NCBI GenBank assembly: GCA_009103225.1
Contig: RHPI01001052.1
Coordinates: forward strand, 124,001 to 188,000
Source of the DNA: Chlorokybus atmophyticus
Taxonomy: Eukaryota; Plantae; Mesostigma and Chlorokybus algae
DNA length: 64,000 nt
Direction of reading: 5' to 3'
Shown: positions 62,133 to 64,000 of the stretch, in pieces
Position numbering within the stretch: position 1 is the stretch's first letter
Layout: each line of letters begins with the position of its first letter
Notes under the pieces: model-generated
What the model was told of the DNA's origin: nothing
The model's input: only the letters and a program-made list of their open reading frames with translations
Database searches by the model: none
Program-made: the position numbers and the translations under genes

Positions 62133-62660
62133 GTGAGGAGGAGGAGAGAAGAGCGGCGAGTGAGGAGAGAAGGGTGCGCCCCCCCCGTGGAGGTGGGAGA
62201 AGGGGAGGTGAACAAGGAGGGTGATGGTGACGATGACGAGGACGAAAATGATGAGGAACCGCCCGTCGTCATTTACAAGCGAAAAAAGAGGGAGGCAAGC
62301 CCGCTCTCCAACGCTTCCACCCCGTCCATGACACCCACGGAGGCTATGGCGAGGAGATTGGAGGAGTTGGAGGCGGAAAACATGCGCCTTAAGCGTGGGA
62401 AGGCGCCCGCCATCCCTCATAATGAGCCCGTCGATGAGCCCAACCACCCGCTACTCATGAGCATCCTTCGCCGCGACAAAGGCGACTCCACTACACCCGA
62501 TGCTCGTGCGGAGGCATTGGCCATTCGCTTCAGCGATCCCGCGGTCCCTTGGAAGGAGAACATGAAAAAGCGGGCTCGGCAACACATCGATGCGGCGGCT
62601 TACATTGCCTCGGCGGCGGTCTCCTTCGATTGGATGCCCTCTCACACGGATGACGTTTAA
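62133..62660 (+). CDS. TE-associated hypothetical protein (acidic tract, NLS-like KRKKR, short coiled coil)
   Basis: ORF ...GDDDEDENDEEPPVVIYKRKKRE...ARRLEELEAENMRLKRGKAP...HTDDV*. An upstream ATG frame (~62063) may join through a C-run frameshift. It follows module C. Confidence 0.4.
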   Translation: MRRRREERRVRREGCAPPVEVGEGEVNKEGDGDDDEDENDEEPPVVIYKRKKREASPLSNASTPSMTPTEAMARRLEELEAENMRLKRGKAPAIPHNEPVDEPNHPLLMSILRRDKGDSTTPDARAEALAIRFSDPAVPWKENMKKRARQHIDAAAYIASAAVSFDWMPSHTDDV

Positions 62661-63390
62661 GGACCAAGTATGGTCCTTTCACGGACCCCCAGGACCATGC
62701 CTGGTCCGCGGGGGACGGACCGTGCATGGTCCGTTCGGGGTCCCGAATCCTAGTGCGCAGTCACGCACCGGATGTGATGCGTGGCTGGACCAGACATATT
62801 ATTAGTCCTACTAGCCGCGAAAGGCCAGACCATACACGGTTTGCAGCCCGACCAGGCATATTGCCGGTCCGACTATCAATGGGTCGGACCATGCGTGGTC
62901 TGACGGACCATGCGTGGTCTGGACCACAATAATGCCGGACCATATGTGTTGCGGTGAATGAAATCGATGGGACTGGTCCGAACCACACTGATTGGGCGGA
63001 CCGTTGCTAGTGCACGCTCAGCTTATCGGTCATTTTACACAAGTAGCACGCACCATACATGGTCTGCCGCCTTAACAAGCTCTTACTGGTCCAGATGCTA
63101 ACAAATTGCGGACCATTCATCCTTAATCTAACCAAGCAGCTATTGGTCCAAATTGTCGTATACTTGCGGACCCTATATGGTCCTTGACTTAACCAAGCTC
63201 TTCCTGGTCTGAAGGTCTGGGAGAGTACGGACAATTCATGGTCCTTATCTAAGCAAGCAGTTATTGATCCACATTGTATCGTATGATTGCGGACCCTACA
63301 TGGTCCTTGACTTAACCAAGCTCTTCCTGGTCCGAAGGTCTGGGAGAGTACGAACCATGCATGGTTATAGGTTGGTCCGCAGAACAGTGA
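62660..63390. repeat. array of GGACC/GGTCC palindromic motifs plus ~120-bp tandem duplication
   Basis: More than 20 GGACCA/TGGTCC-type motifs (e.g. GGACCATGCGTGGTC twice). 63127-63240 is near-duplicated at 63247-63360 (ggaccctayatggtccttgacttaaccaagctcttcctggtc.gaaggtctgggagagtacg). Confidence 0.75.
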
Positions 63391-64000
63391 TTGGGACCAT
63401 CGCTGATACACGCTCAGCTCCTTGACAGTCGCACCATGCATGATGCGACTGTCAAGAATAAGTCTTCATGGCAGCCTCTAGTAACCGTCGATCCAAGCTT
63501 ATTAAACGGTGTGCAGTTACTCCATAGAGTTAAGCACCTTGCATGGTGCGACTGTCAACTCACGTGCATGGGCTCAGAGTACCGTGGACTGTGCAGCAGG
63601 GTTTTACCGCTCAGTGAGGTGGCGCCGGCGGAGGGAGCAGGCGGCGGCGCTCTTGTTGGTGGCGGCGGCGGCGGCGGCGGTGGCGGCGGCCTCTTGAGGG
63701 TGTACTTGGTGGCGGAATGCTGGCGCAATATCGATGGCGAGCAAAAAAGCTGTAAAGTTTGCCAAGGACATTAGTATCAAGCTGGGAATCAACTTGTAAC
63801 CAGCCGATAAGAGGAACACCAGTTGTAGGCACCACCGTCGCAGCCAACAGAGTTCCCTACTCATGCCGGAGCAAGCGGCTGATGTGCATGCCACCTGTTA
63901 TCGTTGCTTTGACAGCCTTCACCAGTAATATGTCCTTCACATGCTAGGAGACTGTCAATAAACTGCACGTGCACTAGCTGCCTTGCTGTGTATTGCTGGC

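Noticed and set aside
47711-63390. CRISPR-like array from the tandem repeats
   Set aside because: Only 2-3 diverged units, no constant repeat with unique spacers, no cas genes, and a eukaryotic context.
63600-63950. Gly/Ala-rich ORFs near the window end
   Set aside because: Driven by a (GGC)n run; no supporting gene structure within the window.

Overview
Eukaryotic, intron-rich genomic DNA from a photosynthetic organism. A green plant or alga is inferred, most plausibly an early-diverging streptophyte alga, from plastid-transit-like N-termini on PAI, beta-CA and an acidic protein, telo-boxes, and a charophyte-type DNMT-carrying retrotransposon. Bases 1-44 kb are gene-dense: an ARIADNE RBR E3 ligase, PAI (trpF), crooked-neck CRNKL1, a bacterial-type heparinase II/III-like lyase, a long coiled-coil protein, an acidic plastid-targeted protein, a PH-domain class-I-like PI3-kinase, a beta-carbonic anhydrase, and two frameshifted MATH-like paralogs. 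Bases 44-64 kb are a nest of decayed transposons: a DNA-transposon-like remnant; a Ty3/gypsy element with a C5 DNA-methyltransferase domain between protease and RT, carrying a nested solo LTR and two miniature LTR elements, each with a 5-bp TSD; a Helitron 3' remnant; and triplicated promoter-like modules. The strongest leads are (1) the class-I-type PI3K in an apparently green lineage, (2) the methyltransferase-encoding retrotransposon, (3) two TRIMs with unrelated LTRs that both carry a tRNA-T-arm/B-box-like segment after the 5' LTR, and (4) the intron-containing bacterial-type lyase. Exon boundaries and family assignments were made by eye; no searches were run.
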